A stretch of DNA of 64,000 nt from Candidatus Eiseniibacteriota bacterium (lineage in GTDB: Bacteria; Eisenbacteria; RBG-16-71-46; JABDJR01): contig CAVXKA010000001.1 in NCBI GenBank assembly GCA_963762255.1, positions 1,056,001 through 1,120,000 of the forward strand, given 5' to 3'. The position numbers and the translations under genes were made by a program. Below, in pieces: positions 9,642 to 19,694 of this stretch; within the stretch, counting starts at the first letter, position 1, and every line of letters begins with the position of its first letter. The notes under the pieces were generated by a model. The model was not told the origin of the DNA. It did not search any database and saw nothing but the letters and a program-made list of their open reading frames with translations.

Positions 9642-9827
9642 ATGACGGTCGAACGCGGTGTCCGGTTGATGGCCGGAGCCCTGGTGATGCTGGGCCTCGT
9701 GCTCGGGCTCACGGTGAGCCCCTGGTTCTTCATCCTGGTGGGCTTTGTGGGCGTCAACCTCTTCCAGTCCTCGTTCACCGGGTTCTGCCCAGCCGAGATG
9801 ATCCTCAAGAAAGCGGGGCTCCGGTAG
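9642..9827 (+). CDS. DUF2892 / YgaP-like membrane protein
   Basis: VGVNLFQSSFTGFCP motif; GGAGG RBS. Confidence 0.88.
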   Translation: MTVERGVRLMAGALVMLGLVLGLTVSPWFFILVGFVGVNLFQSSFTGFCPAEMILKKAGLR

Positions 9828-9853
9828 TACGAACCCCCCAACCGGATCCCCGC

Positions 9854-9891
9854 GAGCGCCGGGCCCCTTTCGGGGCTCGGCGCTCCTCTTT
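9854..9891 (+). terminator. Intrinsic terminator-like hairpin
   Basis: gagcgccgggcccc-tttc-ggggctcggcgctc followed by ctcttt. Confidence 0.6.
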
Positions 9892-9973
9892 CCGCCTCCC
9901 CGCCGCCCGTCCACTGCCGTAGGATTGCCGGACCGCGCCGCCCGGCCCGGGTTCCGTTCCGCGAGGAGAGCGC

Positions 9974-10909
9974 ATGTACTCGGTTCCCGTCTGGGTCATC
10001 TTCAACGTCTGCCTCGTCGCCCTCTTGACCCTCGATCTCCTGAGCTTTCGCGGCAAGGAGCACTCGATGGGGCTCCGCGAGGCGCTCATCCGCAGCGCGG
10101 GCTGGGTCACCCTCGGACTGGCCTTCTTCGGCTTCCTCTGGCTCTGGGTCGGGAGCCGCGACGCCGTCGACTTCCTCACCGCCTACGTGGTCGAGCTCTC
10201 GCTCTCCGTCGACAACCTCTTCGTCTTCCTCTCCTTGTTCGGCTACTTCGCGGTTCCCCCCGAGTACCGGCACAAGGTGCTCTTCTGGGGCATCCTCGGC
10301 GCGATGATCACGCGCGGCGGGTTCATCCTGGCGGGCGTGGCCCTCGTGACGCGATTCCACTGGGTGATCTATCTCCTCGGCGCGTTCCTCATCTGGACCG
10401 GGTACAAGATGGCGGTGAGCACCGAGACCGACGTGCACCCGTCCAAGAACCCCATCGTGAAGTCCTTCCGTCGCCTCTTCCCGGTGACGCGCCGCTACTG
10501 GGGGAGTCGGTTCTTCATCCGACGCCGCGGACGGGCGATCGCCACACCGCTCTTCGTCGTGCTCCTCGCCGTGGAGACCACCGACGTCATGTTCGCGGTC
10601 GATTCGGTTCCCGCTGTGTTCGCGGTGACGACGAAACCGTTCATCGCGTACACGTCGAACGTGCTCGCGGTGCTGGGGCTGCGCGCCATGTTCTTCGTGG
10701 TGGCGGGCTTCATCGAGCGCTTCCGCTACCTGCACTACGGTCTCGCCGGCGTGCTGGTCTTCATGGGAGCCAAGATGCTCCTCGAGGACGTGCTCCCGAT
10801 CCCGACGCCGGTATCGCTCCTGGTGGTGGCGAGCCTTCTCACCTCGTCGATTCTCTTCTCGCTACACGTCACCAAGGAACAGGATCCGGAGGATGACCGA
10901 CAGGGATGA
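9974..10909 (+). CDS. TerC/Alx family membrane protein
   Basis: ELSLSVDNLFVF, VLFWGILGA, ETTDVMFAVDSVPA, TSNVLAVLGLR. Confidence 0.93.
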   Translation: MYSVPVWVIFNVCLVALLTLDLLSFRGKEHSMGLREALIRSAGWVTLGLAFFGFLWLWVGSRDAVDFLTAYVVELSLSVDNLFVFLSLFGYFAVPPEYRHKVLFWGILGAMITRGGFILAGVALVTRFHWVIYLLGAFLIWTGYKMAVSTETDVHPSKNPIVKSFRRLFPVTRRYWGSRFFIRRRGRAIATPLFVVLLAVETTDVMFAVDSVPAVFAVTTKPFIAYTSNVLAVLGLRAMFFVVAGFIERFRYLHYGLAGVLVFMGAKMLLEDVLPIPTPVSLLVVASLLTSSILFSLHVTKEQDPEDDRQG

Positions 10910-12204
10910 AGTCGATCCTGGAGCTTCTCGCCAAACGCCGTCGCCGCGTGGTCGGGCTCATGTCCGGCACCTCCGCCGACGGCGTGGATGCCGCGCTGGT
11001 CGAGATCGAGAGCCTCGCGGGTCGCGCGGGGCGCGGAGTTGAAGCTTCGCCCGGCCGCGCGCTCACGTGGGACGTTCTCGATTTCGTGACCGTGCCCTAT
11101 CCCGATGCGGTGCGGGCCGAGATCCTGGGTGTCCAGCAAGGCGGGGAGCGCGTGCTCGAGCGTCTCACCCGTCTTCACTTCATCCTCGGACATCTCTTCG
11201 CCGACGCCGTCGAGGCGGTGGCGCGCGACGCCGGCGTGCCGCTTTCCGAGGTGGACGCGGTGGCGAGCCACGGCCAGACCGTCTGCCACTTTCCGGTCTT
11301 TCCCGATGCGGGCCTGACCCGCGAGGGGCCGGGCGCGGCGTCGTGGGGACGCGTCAACCGCGGCGGCGCCGGATGGGTTTCGGCCTCGACGCTGCAGATC
11401 GGCGAGCCGTCGGTGTTGGCCGAGCGGCTCGGCATCGCCGTCATCAGCAACTTCCGTTCGCGCGACGTGGCAGCGGGTGGCACCGGGGCGCCGCTCGTGC
11501 CGCTCGTCGATCATCTCCTCTTCGCTGATCCGGCGCGCTCGCGCATGGCGCTCAACGTAGGTGGCATCGCTAACGTCACCGCGATTCGCGCCGGCGCGGG
11601 CCGCGACGAGGTGATCGCGTTCGACACCGGCCCCGGCAACATGGTGCTCGACGCGTTGATGGGCATCGTGAGCGACGGGCGCAAGCACGTGGACGAGGGC
11701 GGAGCGCTCGCGGCCAAGGGGAACCCCGATCGTGAGATCGTGGAGGCGATCCTGCGGGAGCCCTTCTTCGCGCAGGCTCCGCCCCGCGCGGCCGGCCGCG
11801 AGCAGTTCGGCGCCCAGTTCACGCGCGCGTTCCTCGATCGCTGCCGCGCGCGGAAGCTCTCCGATGCCTCGGTGCTGGCCACCGCGACGATGCTCACCGC
11901 CCGTGCCGTGGAGAGCGCCTATCGGCGCTTCATCGAACCCGGCTTCGCGGTGGAGGAGTTGATCGTGAGCGGCGGCGGCGCGCACAACGTGACGCTCTTG
12001 CGCGACCTGGTCGAACTCTTCCCGGGCACGCAGGTCGTCACCTCCGACTACTACGGGCTCGATGTGGACGCGAAAGAGGCGGTGGCCTTCGCGCTCCTGG
12101 GCCATCTCACGCTGGAGGGAGAGGCGGGCAACCTCCCCGGCGTGACCGGCGCGTCGCGTCCCGTATTGCTCGGCGACATCACGCCTGGGGATCGGTTCCT
12201 GTGA
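10906..12204 (+). CDS. anmK: Anhydro-N-acetylmuramic acid kinase
   Basis: GLMSGTSADGVD, SHGQTV, GGTGAPLVP, FDTGPGN, KEAVAFA. Confidence 0.95.
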   Translation: MKSILELLAKRRRRVVGLMSGTSADGVDAALVEIESLAGRAGRGVEASPGRALTWDVLDFVTVPYPDAVRAEILGVQQGGERVLERLTRLHFILGHLFADAVEAVARDAGVPLSEVDAVASHGQTVCHFPVFPDAGLTREGPGAASWGRVNRGGAGWVSASTLQIGEPSVLAERLGIAVISNFRSRDVAAGGTGAPLVPLVDHLLFADPARSRMALNVGGIANVTAIRAGAGRDEVIAFDTGPGNMVLDALMGIVSDGRKHVDEGGALAAKGNPDREIVEAILREPFFAQAPPRAAGREQFGAQFTRAFLDRCRARKLSDASVLATATMLTARAVESAYRRFIEPGFAVEELIVSGGGAHNVTLLRDLVELFPGTQVVTSDYYGLDVDAKEAVAFALLGHLTLEGEAGNLPGVTGASRPVLLGDITPGDRFL

Positions 12205-13529
12205 GCGCGCGTCGTCTCATCCTGGCCGCGATGCTCCTCACGCCGCTACTCGGCTGCGCGGGGAAGAGACCGCCGGTGATGCCGCCGGGCGGTGAGATGC
12301 CCGAGCCGCCGGGGTCGGAGGCACAGCCGCCCGAATCGGAGGGCATCCAGGTTCCTATCGTGCGGATCGGACTGCGCACGCACGTCACCGAGGCCCGCAT
12401 CGGCTCGTCGCGGTCCTTCAGCGTGTCCGACGATCGAGGCGTGATGCTGAACGGCGAGGCGGGAGAAACGTACGCGGTCCGCCTCGAGAACGAGCAGGTG
12501 CTCCTCTACAGCGAGAACGGGGAGCTGCTGGGCCTGGCCAACGGTACGGTGCGGATCGTCGGGGACGCCGAGCGCGGCGAGATCGTACTCGACGGCGCCC
12601 GGTACCCGGGGAGTCTCGACGTGCGACGAAGCCCCAAGGGCGGGCTCAATGTCGTGAACGTGCTCGATGTGGAGACCTACCTGCGCGGTGTGGTGCCGCT
12701 CGAGATCGGCCATGCCGGCGACTATCTCGAAGCGGCGAAGGCCCAGGCGGTGGCGGCGCGCACGTACACCGCAGGTCACATGGGGCAGTATCCCGACGAG
12801 GGCTTCGATCTCGAGGCCGGCGTGCAGGACCAGGTGTACGGATCGATCGATCGCCGCCATCCCGATGCCGACCGCGCGGTGGAAGAGACGCGCGGTCTCC
12901 TCCTCGTCCACGACGGGAAGCCGATCCGCGCCAACTACTCATCCACCTGCGGCGGCAAGAGCGCTTCGATCGAGGAGAGCTTCGGCGCACAGGAGGTTCC
13001 CTATCTCAAGAGCCGCCCCGACGAAATGGATGGAAAGATAGCCTGCCGGACATCGAAGTATTTCCGATGGGAGGAGAGCTGGACGGCCGAGCAGTTGATC
13101 GGGATCCTCGCCCGCACCGTCCCCGCCGTCACCGGCAAGCCCTGGGTCGGCAAGAGGCTCAAGAACATCGAGGTCGTGGAGCGTGGGGCCAGCGGACGCG
13201 CGGTGCGCCTGCGCATCAAGACGGACAAGGCGACCTACGACGTGGACAAGGGAGCCATTCGCCGGGTGCTTCTGACCCCGGCTGGAGGGCCGCTCTGGAG
13301 CAACGCGTTCGAACTCAAGCTCAGGATGTCGGACGGCAAGGTGAAACGCGTGACCGCCAAGGGGCAGGGATGGGGGCACGGCGTCGGCATGTGCCAGTGG
13401 GGGGCGATGCAACTCTCTCGGGACGGCCACGGGTTCCGTGACATACTCAAGCACTACTACCCCGGGGCGCGTCTCGTGTCCTGGGGTCCGGAATTTCAGG
13501 CCACGAGCGGGAGGGATCATGGAAGGTAG
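12201..13529 (+). CDS. SpoIID/LytB-domain lipoprotein (lytic transglycosylase)
   Basis: Lipobox LLGC; YLRGVVPLE, KAQAVAARTY, QVY, GWGHGVGMCQWGA, ILKHYYPG. Confidence 0.93.
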   Translation: MSARRLILAAMLLTPLLGCAGKRPPVMPPGGEMPEPPGSEAQPPESEGIQVPIVRIGLRTHVTEARIGSSRSFSVSDDRGVMLNGEAGETYAVRLENEQVLLYSENGELLGLANGTVRIVGDAERGEIVLDGARYPGSLDVRRSPKGGLNVVNVLDVETYLRGVVPLEIGHAGDYLEAAKAQAVAARTYTAGHMGQYPDEGFDLEAGVQDQVYGSIDRRHPDADRAVEETRGLLLVHDGKPIRANYSSTCGGKSASIEESFGAQEVPYLKSRPDEMDGKIACRTSKYFRWEESWTAEQLIGILARTVPAVTGKPWVGKRLKNIEVVERGASGRAVRLRIKTDKATYDVDKGAIRRVLLTPAGGPLWSNAFELKLRMSDGKVKRVTAKGQGWGHGVGMCQWGAMQLSRDGHGFRDILKHYYPGARLVSWGPEFQATSGRDHGR

Positions 13530-15270
13530 ATCGAGGGGCGGGCGGCGGCCCCGCCGGAGCGGCGTCTCCGATGAGGTCGGGACGGCCAAGCCGGATGGGG
13601 CTGTGGCAGAGGGGACGGCCCCGGCTGCGACCGCGCGGCCGCGCCGTCCTGGGCGTGGCGGCCCTGCGCGCAGCGGCCCTGCGCGTGGCGGCTCCGTGCG
13701 CGGGCCGCGACGAGGCCCCGCGACGGGCGGTGTGCGTTCGTCGGATCGCGCGCCTGAGCCCCAGACCCTGGAGATGGCCGTCGGTCAGCTCTTCATGGTC
13801 GGAGTCCTCCCCGACGCGACCTGGGACGAGTCGATCAAGGATCATCTCGCCAACTACTACGCCGGCATCTTCCTCAGACGGTCCAACCTGCGATCGATCG
13901 ACCGTGCCCGCCGCGCCATTCACGAACTGCGCCGCGCACTCGGGCGCGGGCTGCCGCCTCTGATCGGCATCGACGAGGAAGGCGGCTTCGTCACCAACAT
14001 CGGGCACCTCACCACTCCGGCCCCCACCGCAGCCGCGCTGGGGGCAGCGGACGACGCGGACCTGACCCAGGACGTCTACCACGGGATCGGGGACAAGCTC
14101 CGCGCGATCGGGGTCAACGTCGTCTTCGCCCCTGTTCTGGACGTGAACAGCGAGCCGGCGAACCCGGTGATCGGGACGCGCGCGTTCGGTTCGACGCCCG
14201 AGGTGGTGGTGACCCACGGTCTGGCCGCGTTGCGGGGACTTCAGGCCTCGGGGGTCACCCCCTGCGTGAAGCACTTCCCCGGACACGGCGCCACCAAGTT
14301 GGATTCTCATGTGGCCCGCCCCGAAGTGAAGGCCGACCTCGGCACGCTCAAGACTCGAGACCTCGCGCCGTTCATCGAGGCGTTCAAGCAGGAGAAGCCG
14401 CCGGCGATGGTGATGACGGCCCACGTGGCCTATCCGGCGCTCGACAAGCAGACGCCGGCGACGCTCTCCAAGGCCATCCTGCAGGATCTGCTGCGGAAAG
14501 AGCTGGGTTTTCAAGGGGTCGTGATCAGCGACGCGATGGAGATGAAGGCGATCGCCGACCGCATGCCGCCCGGGAAGGCCGCGGTGCAGGCGTTGGATGC
14601 CGGCGTCGACATGCTGCTCTATCCGCTCGATCCCGCGATGGCCGCGACCGCCTACGCCGCGGTTCTCGATGCGGTGCGCTCGAAGAAGTTGAACGAAGAA
14701 CGCATTCGGGGTTCCGCCGAGCGCGTGCACTCGCTGCGGCGGGCGCTGCGCGCTCAGGAATGGCTGCGCAACGACGCGGCGGAGGATCTGCTCGAGTACG
14801 AGCACGAGCAGACCTTCTTCACCGCTTCGCAGCGGGCGATCACCCTCGACGGCAACGCGGGCGTGCTGGCCGACATTGCCGCTGCGCCCGGCAAGAAGCT
14901 CTTCGTGCTCCCGCGCGAACTGGACGAGCACCACCGCATCATGATCGAGGTGGTGAAGGAGCAACTCGAGCCGGTCGGGTTCACCGTGGTCGATGTCTCT
15001 CCCCGGGTCGGCGCGGAAGAGCTCGCGCGGGTGGAGGCGCAAGCCGCCGAGGCCTCGGCGATCATCTTCGCCACCGTCTCGCGGGGCCCCATCAACGAGG
15101 AGAGCCGCAAGTTCATCGCCGCGCTCACCCGGCGGGACGTGATGAAGGTGGGGGTGGCGCTTCTGGATCCCGGGGACACGGACCAGATGATGGGGGCCAA
15201 CTGCCGGATCAGGACCTACGGGTTCGCGGTGCCCCAGCTCTGGGCGCTGTGCCAGGTGCTGGTGGGGTAG
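13519..15270 (+). CDS. nagZ: GH3 beta-N-acetylhexosaminidase
   Basis: IDEEGG, KHFPGHG...DSH, ISDAMEM; low-complexity Arg/Gly/Pro N-terminus makes the start uncertain. Confidence 0.9.
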   Translation: MEGRSRGGRRPRRSGVSDEVGTAKPDGAVAEGTAPAATARPRRPGRGGPARSGPARGGSVRGPRRGPATGGVRSSDRAPEPQTLEMAVGQLFMVGVLPDATWDESIKDHLANYYAGIFLRRSNLRSIDRARRAIHELRRALGRGLPPLIGIDEEGGFVTNIGHLTTPAPTAAALGAADDADLTQDVYHGIGDKLRAIGVNVVFAPVLDVNSEPANPVIGTRAFGSTPEVVVTHGLAALRGLQASGVTPCVKHFPGHGATKLDSHVARPEVKADLGTLKTRDLAPFIEAFKQEKPPAMVMTAHVAYPALDKQTPATLSKAILQDLLRKELGFQGVVISDAMEMKAIADRMPPGKAAVQALDAGVDMLLYPLDPAMAATAYAAVLDAVRSKKLNEERIRGSAERVHSLRRALRAQEWLRNDAAEDLLEYEHEQTFFTASQRAITLDGNAGVLADIAAAPGKKLFVLPRELDEHHRIMIEVVKEQLEPVGFTVVDVSPRVGAEELARVEAQAAEASAIIFATVSRGPINEESRKFIAALTRRDVMKVGVALLDPGDTDQMMGANCRIRTYGFAVPQLWALCQVLVG

Positions 15271-15324
15271 GGGGTTGGCGGGATGGGCCCCGCCGCGGTC
15301 CGCCGACGGGACTCCCGGGGGGGG

Positions 15325-15344
15325 ATGCTCACCCGGGTGAGCAT
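15325..15344. repeat. Dispersed palindrome, copy 2 (perfect ATGCTCACCCGGGTGAGCAT)
   Basis: Perfect 20-bp palindrome 14 bp upstream of the tRNA promoter -35. Confidence 0.8.
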
Positions 15345-15358
15345 TGCGCGCCCCGGAA

Positions 15359-15387
15359 TTGACTTTAGCCCTCCAGACTGATACTTT
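15359..15387 (+). promoter_or_regulatory. Sigma70 promoter of tRNA-Asp (TTGACT-N17-TACTTT with extended TG)
   Basis: -35 TTGACT 15359-15364, TG at 15379-15380, -10 at 15382-15387. Confidence 0.65.
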
Positions 15388-15402
15388 TGGTCGCCCTTAG
15401 GC

Positions 15403-15479
15403 GGGGTCGTAGTTCAGCTGGTTAGAACGCCGGCCTGTCACGCCGGAGGTCGCGAGTTCGAATCTCGTCGGCCCCGCCA
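15403..15479 (+). tRNA. tRNA-Asp (GTC)
   Basis: Acceptor stem GGGGTCG/CGGCCCC, D-arm AGTTCAGCTGGTTAGAAC, anticodon loop CTGTCAC, T-loop GTTCGAAT, encoded CCA. Confidence 0.97.
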
Positions 15480-15499
15480 TTTTGCTTCACGCTTCGGAT

Positions 15500-15535
15500 G
15501 AGCCGTCCGGTCTTTACCGGGCGGCTCTTGTCTTT
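15500..15535 (+). terminator. Terminator hairpin between tRNA-Asp and the convergent regulator gene
   Basis: gagccgtccggt-cttt-accgggcggctc followed by ttgtcttt. Confidence 0.65.
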
Positions 15536-15557
15536 GTCGGGAGACCCGGCGCTTGCC

Positions 15558-16886
15558 CTAGTCGATGCCGAATCGCTTGAGCTTCTCGTAGAGGGTCCGC
15601 AGCCCGATGCCGAGCTCCTCGGCGGCGCGCCGGCGATTCCCGCCGACATCGGCCAGCACGCGACGGATCGCCTCTTCCTCGATCTCCGCCATGGTCTGCG
15701 CGCCGCGTTTCCCTCGGGAAGGGACACCGATGGCATCGGCCATGTCCGCGCCCTGAACCGCGTCCCCTTCGGCGAGGATCGCAGCCCGCTCCAGAGCGTT
15801 GGCCAACCCGCGGATGTTGCCGGGCCAGCGACCCATACGAATGCGATCTCGCGCGTCGTTATCCAGGTGCAAGCCGGGGCGGCCCAGTTCCACCCGGATA
15901 CGCGCGAGAAGGGTCTCCGCCAAGGGAAGCAAGTCGCGCGGTCGCTCGCGTAGCGGAGGCAGTCGGATGGGGAAGACGGCCAGCCGATGGTAGAGATCCT
16001 CGCGGAACGCTCCCGATTCCACCATGGCCTCGAGGTCGCGGTTACTCGCGGCGATCCAGCGCACGTCCACCTCGATCGTTCGGGTGCCTCCGACACGTTC
16101 GAAGCGACCGTCCTGCAGCACCCGCAGGAGCTTGGCCTGCAGCTCCTGCTTCAGTTCTCCGATCTCATCCAGGAATAGCGTGCCCCCGTCGGCGAGCTCC
16201 AGTCGTCCTCTTCGCGCACCGGTCGCCCCCGTGAATGCGCCCTTCTCATGCCCGAAGATCTCGCTCTCCATAAGGCTCTCGGAGATCGCCGCGCAGTTGA
16301 CCGGGACGAACGGTCCGTCGCGCCGTGGACTCAGCAGGTGGAGGGTCCGCGCGACGATTTCCTTCCCCGTCCCGCTCTCGCCCAGCACGAGAACGGTGGT
16401 GTGCGTCGGCGCGACCTTCTCCACCGCCTTCAAGACCGGCTCCATGATCGGGTCTTCATACGTGAGAGGGGGCACCGAGGCCGCCTCGCGCGCCGAGCGG
16501 TCCTTCAACGTGAGGAGGCTCCGGCGCTCCAGCGCGCGTGCGACGATCAACCGAAGCTCACCCGGACTTGCGAGGGGTTTCTGGAGATAGTCGAACGCGC
16601 CAAGTTTCATCGCCTCCACCGCGCTGTCGACCGTGCCATGCGCGGTGAGTACGATCACTTCCATCTCCGGAAACGCGGCGCGGGCGCTGCGAAGCAGGGC
16701 CATGCCATCCGGCGCTCCCGGCATCCGGAGATCGGTGATCATGAGATCGAAGGCGCGATCCCGAAGCGAACGCATCGCAGCGGGTCCGTCTCCGGCCTCG
16801 ACGACGTCGTGGCCTCCTTCGTTCAGAGTCTCCGCGATGAACTCGCGGATGCCCGGCTCGTCGTCGACGATGAGAATGGCGGCCAT
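15558..16886 (-). CDS. Sigma-54-dependent response regulator (NtrC/AtoC family)
   Basis: REC domain (ILIVDDE, DLRMPG), GESGTGKE, GAFTGA, C-terminal Fis-type HTH. Confidence 0.96.
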   Translation of the reverse strand: MAAILIVDDEPGIREFIAETLNEGGHDVVEAGDGPAAMRSLRDRAFDLMITDLRMPGAPDGMALLRSARAAFPEMEVIVLTAHGTVDSAVEAMKLGAFDYLQKPLASPGELRLIVARALERRSLLTLKDRSAREAASVPPLTYEDPIMEPVLKAVEKVAPTHTTVLVLGESGTGKEIVARTLHLLSPRRDGPFVPVNCAAISESLMESEIFGHEKGAFTGATGARRGRLELADGGTLFLDEIGELKQELQAKLLRVLQDGRFERVGGTRTIEVDVRWIAASNRDLEAMVESGAFREDLYHRLAVFPIRLPPLRERPRDLLPLAETLLARIRVELGRPGLHLDNDARDRIRMGRWPGNIRGLANALERAAILAEGDAVQGADMADAIGVPSRGKRGAQTMAEIEEEAIRRVLADVGGNRRRAAEELGIGLRTLYEKLKRFGID

Positions 16887-16898
16887 GCGTTCAGTTCC

Positions 16899-18185
16899 TC
16901 ACCGGGGGAGGGCGATCCGGAAGATGGCTCCCCCCTGCGGATGATTGGCGGCGGAGAGCGTACCACCATGGAGTTCCACGACGCGCCGAGCTACGGCGAG
17001 CCCCAGCCCGGTGCCGGTGGTCCGGGTCGTGAAGAACGGGTCGAAGATCCGTTCCTCTTGTCCCTTCGGGAGTCCCTCGCCGTGATCGCGAACGGTCACG
17101 ACAAGTGAGTTCCCGTCGACGAGCAGACCCACTTCCGGCCGCGAATCGTCCCCCCGCGAGGCCTGGTGCGCGTTGCGCAGCACGTTGATGAAGACCTGGC
17201 GCATGCGGACGCCGTCGAGCGGCCACGATGGGGGCGCATTCTCCGGGTGGAAATCGAAACCACCGGGGGCCACCTCCTCGATCGAAGCCTGGAGAATGGG
17301 AACGGGATCGACGGGAATTCGCTCGAGCGGACCCACCCGGACGAAATCGAGCAGGTCGGAGGTCAACGCCTCCAGGCGGGACGATTCCATAACCACGCGA
17401 TCCGCCTTGCGCCGGTCGGGGGATTCGGCGGGCAGGTGCTCCGCGAGGAGCTGCGCGTGTCCCTTGAGCGACGCGAGGGGGTTGCGGATCTCGTGGGCCA
17501 GAACCGCGGACATCTCGCCGAGCAAGCTCAGCCGGCGCTCCTGTTCCAGATGGCGCTTGGCCCCCTCGTAGCGACGCGACATTCCCCACGAGACGCCGGC
17601 CACCAGCATCATCACAACGGCGGCGGCGAGGCCGAAGGCGAGCAGCCCGCGAGCCTGATCCATGAGCCGGCTCGCCACCAGGGGCTCGAACTCGAAGGTG
17701 ATGCCGCCGTGCCGGGGCGCTCCTCGCGGGTCCCTTTCCAGGCCCGGCGGGGGCGGCGTGAATCTCGGCCGCATGAGCGACATCCGCACGCGAGATCCGA
17801 CTTGCGTCAGCCTGAAGCCGGGGTCGTCTCCCGATGGCGAGAACTCCATGCTGGGGCCCGACGCGGGCTCGCCGGCGGCAGCGACGATGCGATCCTCCGT
17901 GTCGAGGAGGGCCACGTAGCGCAACCCGTCCGCGCTTTGCTGCGCGAGCAGGCTGTCGAGGCCCACCTGGACCCCGACAGGGTCTTCGTGATCCATGCCC
18001 TGTCTGAGCGTCCCCATGATCGCGCGCTCGAAGATCCTCGCCTGGCCGGCGTGAAGCGCCGAGGTCGCCGCACGAGCGCTGCGGTAGTTGGACCAGGAGG
18101 CGAGGATGAGCGCGACACCCAGCACGCAGGCACTCGCGAGAAGTCCCCATCTGGCCCAGACTCCCTCGGACGATAGCTTCCACAT
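16899..18185 (-). CDS. Sensor histidine kinase
   Basis: Two TM segments; [29 protein letters not shown]. Confidence 0.95.
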   Translation of the reverse strand: MWKLSSEGVWARWGLLASACVLGVALILASWSNYRSARAATSALHAGQARIFERAIMGTLRQGMDHEDPVGVQVGLDSLLAQQSADGLRYVALLDTEDRIVAAAGEPASGPSMEFSPSGDDPGFRLTQVGSRVRMSLMRPRFTPPPPGLERDPRGAPRHGGITFEFEPLVASRLMDQARGLLAFGLAAAVVMMLVAGVSWGMSRRYEGAKRHLEQERRLSLLGEMSAVLAHEIRNPLASLKGHAQLLAEHLPAESPDRRKADRVVMESSRLEALTSDLLDFVRVGPLERIPVDPVPILQASIEEVAPGGFDFHPENAPPSWPLDGVRMRQVFINVLRNAHQASRGDDSRPEVGLLVDGNSLVVTVRDHGEGLPKGQEERIFDPFFTTRTTGTGLGLAVARRVVELHGGTLSAANHPQGGAIFRIALPR

Positions 18186-18263
18186 GGTGATCGGCCCTTC
18201 CCAGTGCGCGCCGTCGCGAACTCCGGTGCCGCCGCCGATACCGGCGTGCGCGGCACCGAGGAA

Positions 18264-19694
18264 TCAGAGCTTACTCCTCGCCTCCCCCAAGCCGTCAGCG
18301 GGATCCAGATCCCCGACATAGTAGTCCAGCAGTCGACCCTGCCAGAGTACGTTGTACCGCGCGCTCACCAAGCCGCTCTCCGCGGCTACGAAGTCGGATC
18401 GCGAAAGCGTCACCTCGTAGAGCGTGGCCGCCCCGGCCGCGTAGCGTTCGTTCGTCGAGTCCAGCGCCTGCCGTGACGCTCGGGCGCGCGCGTCCGCGGC
18501 CCGCAGCCTCTCGTGGGCCGTATTCCAATCCAGGACCGCGCGCCGGACTTGCAGCGCCACTTCCTGCTCCACGTCGGACTCGGTCAACTGCGCGTTGTCC
18601 CGGCTGATCTGTGCGCGACGGACTCCGTTGCGCGCGGCGAACCGATCGAAGAGGGGCACGGAGACCGAGAGCCCGACGGAACCCGATCGCCGCAGATCGA
18701 GCTGGTCGAAGAAGGCGCCGTCGGCGGTGCCGGAGTATCCCGTTCCGTAGTCCGCGGAGAGGGAGAGCGCCGGCCAGTACTCGGCCTTCGCCGACCGCAC
18801 CTGCTCTCCGGCGGCAACCGAGCGGTCCGCTACGGCGGCAGCGTCCGCCCGCGTCCGCGCGGCGCGCTCGAGCAACGCGCTCAGATCGGGCTCCGAAGTG
18901 TCCGCATCGATCTCCGGCACCGGCGGAATCTCAAAGTCATAGACGCCCGTCGGATCGAGCTGAAGCACCTGGACCAGATCGACCCGGCTGAGTTCGAGCG
19001 TCCTTCGGCTCTCCACCGACGACAGTTGCGCCGCGGCGACGTTCGACTCCTGCTGGTACAGCTCGGAGATCGGTCGCTGGCCTTCTTCGACGAGGGCGCG
19101 CACGGACTTTTCCTGCTCCTGCTGGGCGGCCAGGTTCTCCGCCTGCACGCGGACCTGCTCGGTCGCTTCGATCATCGCGAGGTAGCCGGTGATCACCTGG
19201 AAGACCACGGTCTGGCGGGAACGTTCCAGGTCCTTCACTCCCGCCGCCTCTTCGAGACGAGCCGCGCGCAGCTCGGCGACGCGCGCCAGGCCGTCGAAGA
19301 GAACCACGCTCGAGGACAGTCCCGCGCCGAACGATGTGCCGGACTCGGTCCCGGATTGCGCGTAGGACTTGGATCCCGACAGGCCTAGCTGAAGGTCCGG
19401 GAGGAATCGCATCGTCGCGTCCGACACGGCGGCGCGGCTCATGGCGGTCTCGTTCTCGGCCCGCAAGACGGAGCTGTTCTGCTTGAGCGCGATCTCGATG
19501 GCTTCGGACAGTGAAATGCGCCGCGGCTCCGCGACCGCCCCTGCTTCGACGGCGCATGGTGCGGGTAGCACGCCGAAGAGCAGAAAAGCGGTGAGGGTGA
19601 GCGCCCCCGTGCGGAAGCCGCGGCGCTGGGATGATCGCCTCCTATCCCAAGCCCATGCCGATGCCATCTCTCTCATGTGCAGTTCCCCCGTCAC
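18264..19694 (-). CDS. TolC family outer membrane protein (start uncertain)
   Basis: ISLSEAIEIAL, VPLFDRF, YAAGAAT; GTGA overlap with the permease gene. Confidence 0.9.
   Translation of the reverse strand: MTGELHMREMASAWAWDRRRSSQRRGFRTGALTLTAFLLFGVLPAPCAVEAGAVAEPRRISLSEAIEIALKQNSSVLRAENETAMSRAAVSDATMRFLPDLQLGLSGSKSYAQSGTESGTSFGAGLSSSVVLFDGLARVAELRAARLEEAAGVKDLERSRQTVVFQVITGYLAMIEATEQVRVQAENLAAQQEQEKSVRALVEEGQRPISELYQQESNVAAAQLSSVESRRTLELSRVDLVQVLQLDPTGVYDFEIPPVPEIDADTSEPDLSALLERAARTRADAAAVADRSVAAGEQVRSAKAEYWPALSLSADYGTGYSGTADGAFFDQLDLRRSGSVGLSVSVPLFDRFAARNGVRRAQISRDNAQLTESDVEQEVALQVRRAVLDWNTAHERLRAADARARASRQALDSTNERYAAGAATLYEVTLSRSDFVAAESGLVSARYNVLWQGRLLDYYVGDLDPADGLGEARSKL

Noticed and set aside
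9828-9973. yybP-ykoY Mn riboswitch upstream of terC
   Set aside because: The expected conserved motifs are not recognisable; only a terminator-like hairpin is present.
15403-15560. tRNA-Asp as an integration site for an island
   Set aside because: No integrase, no duplicated tRNA 3' end seen, and downstream genes have host-like composition.
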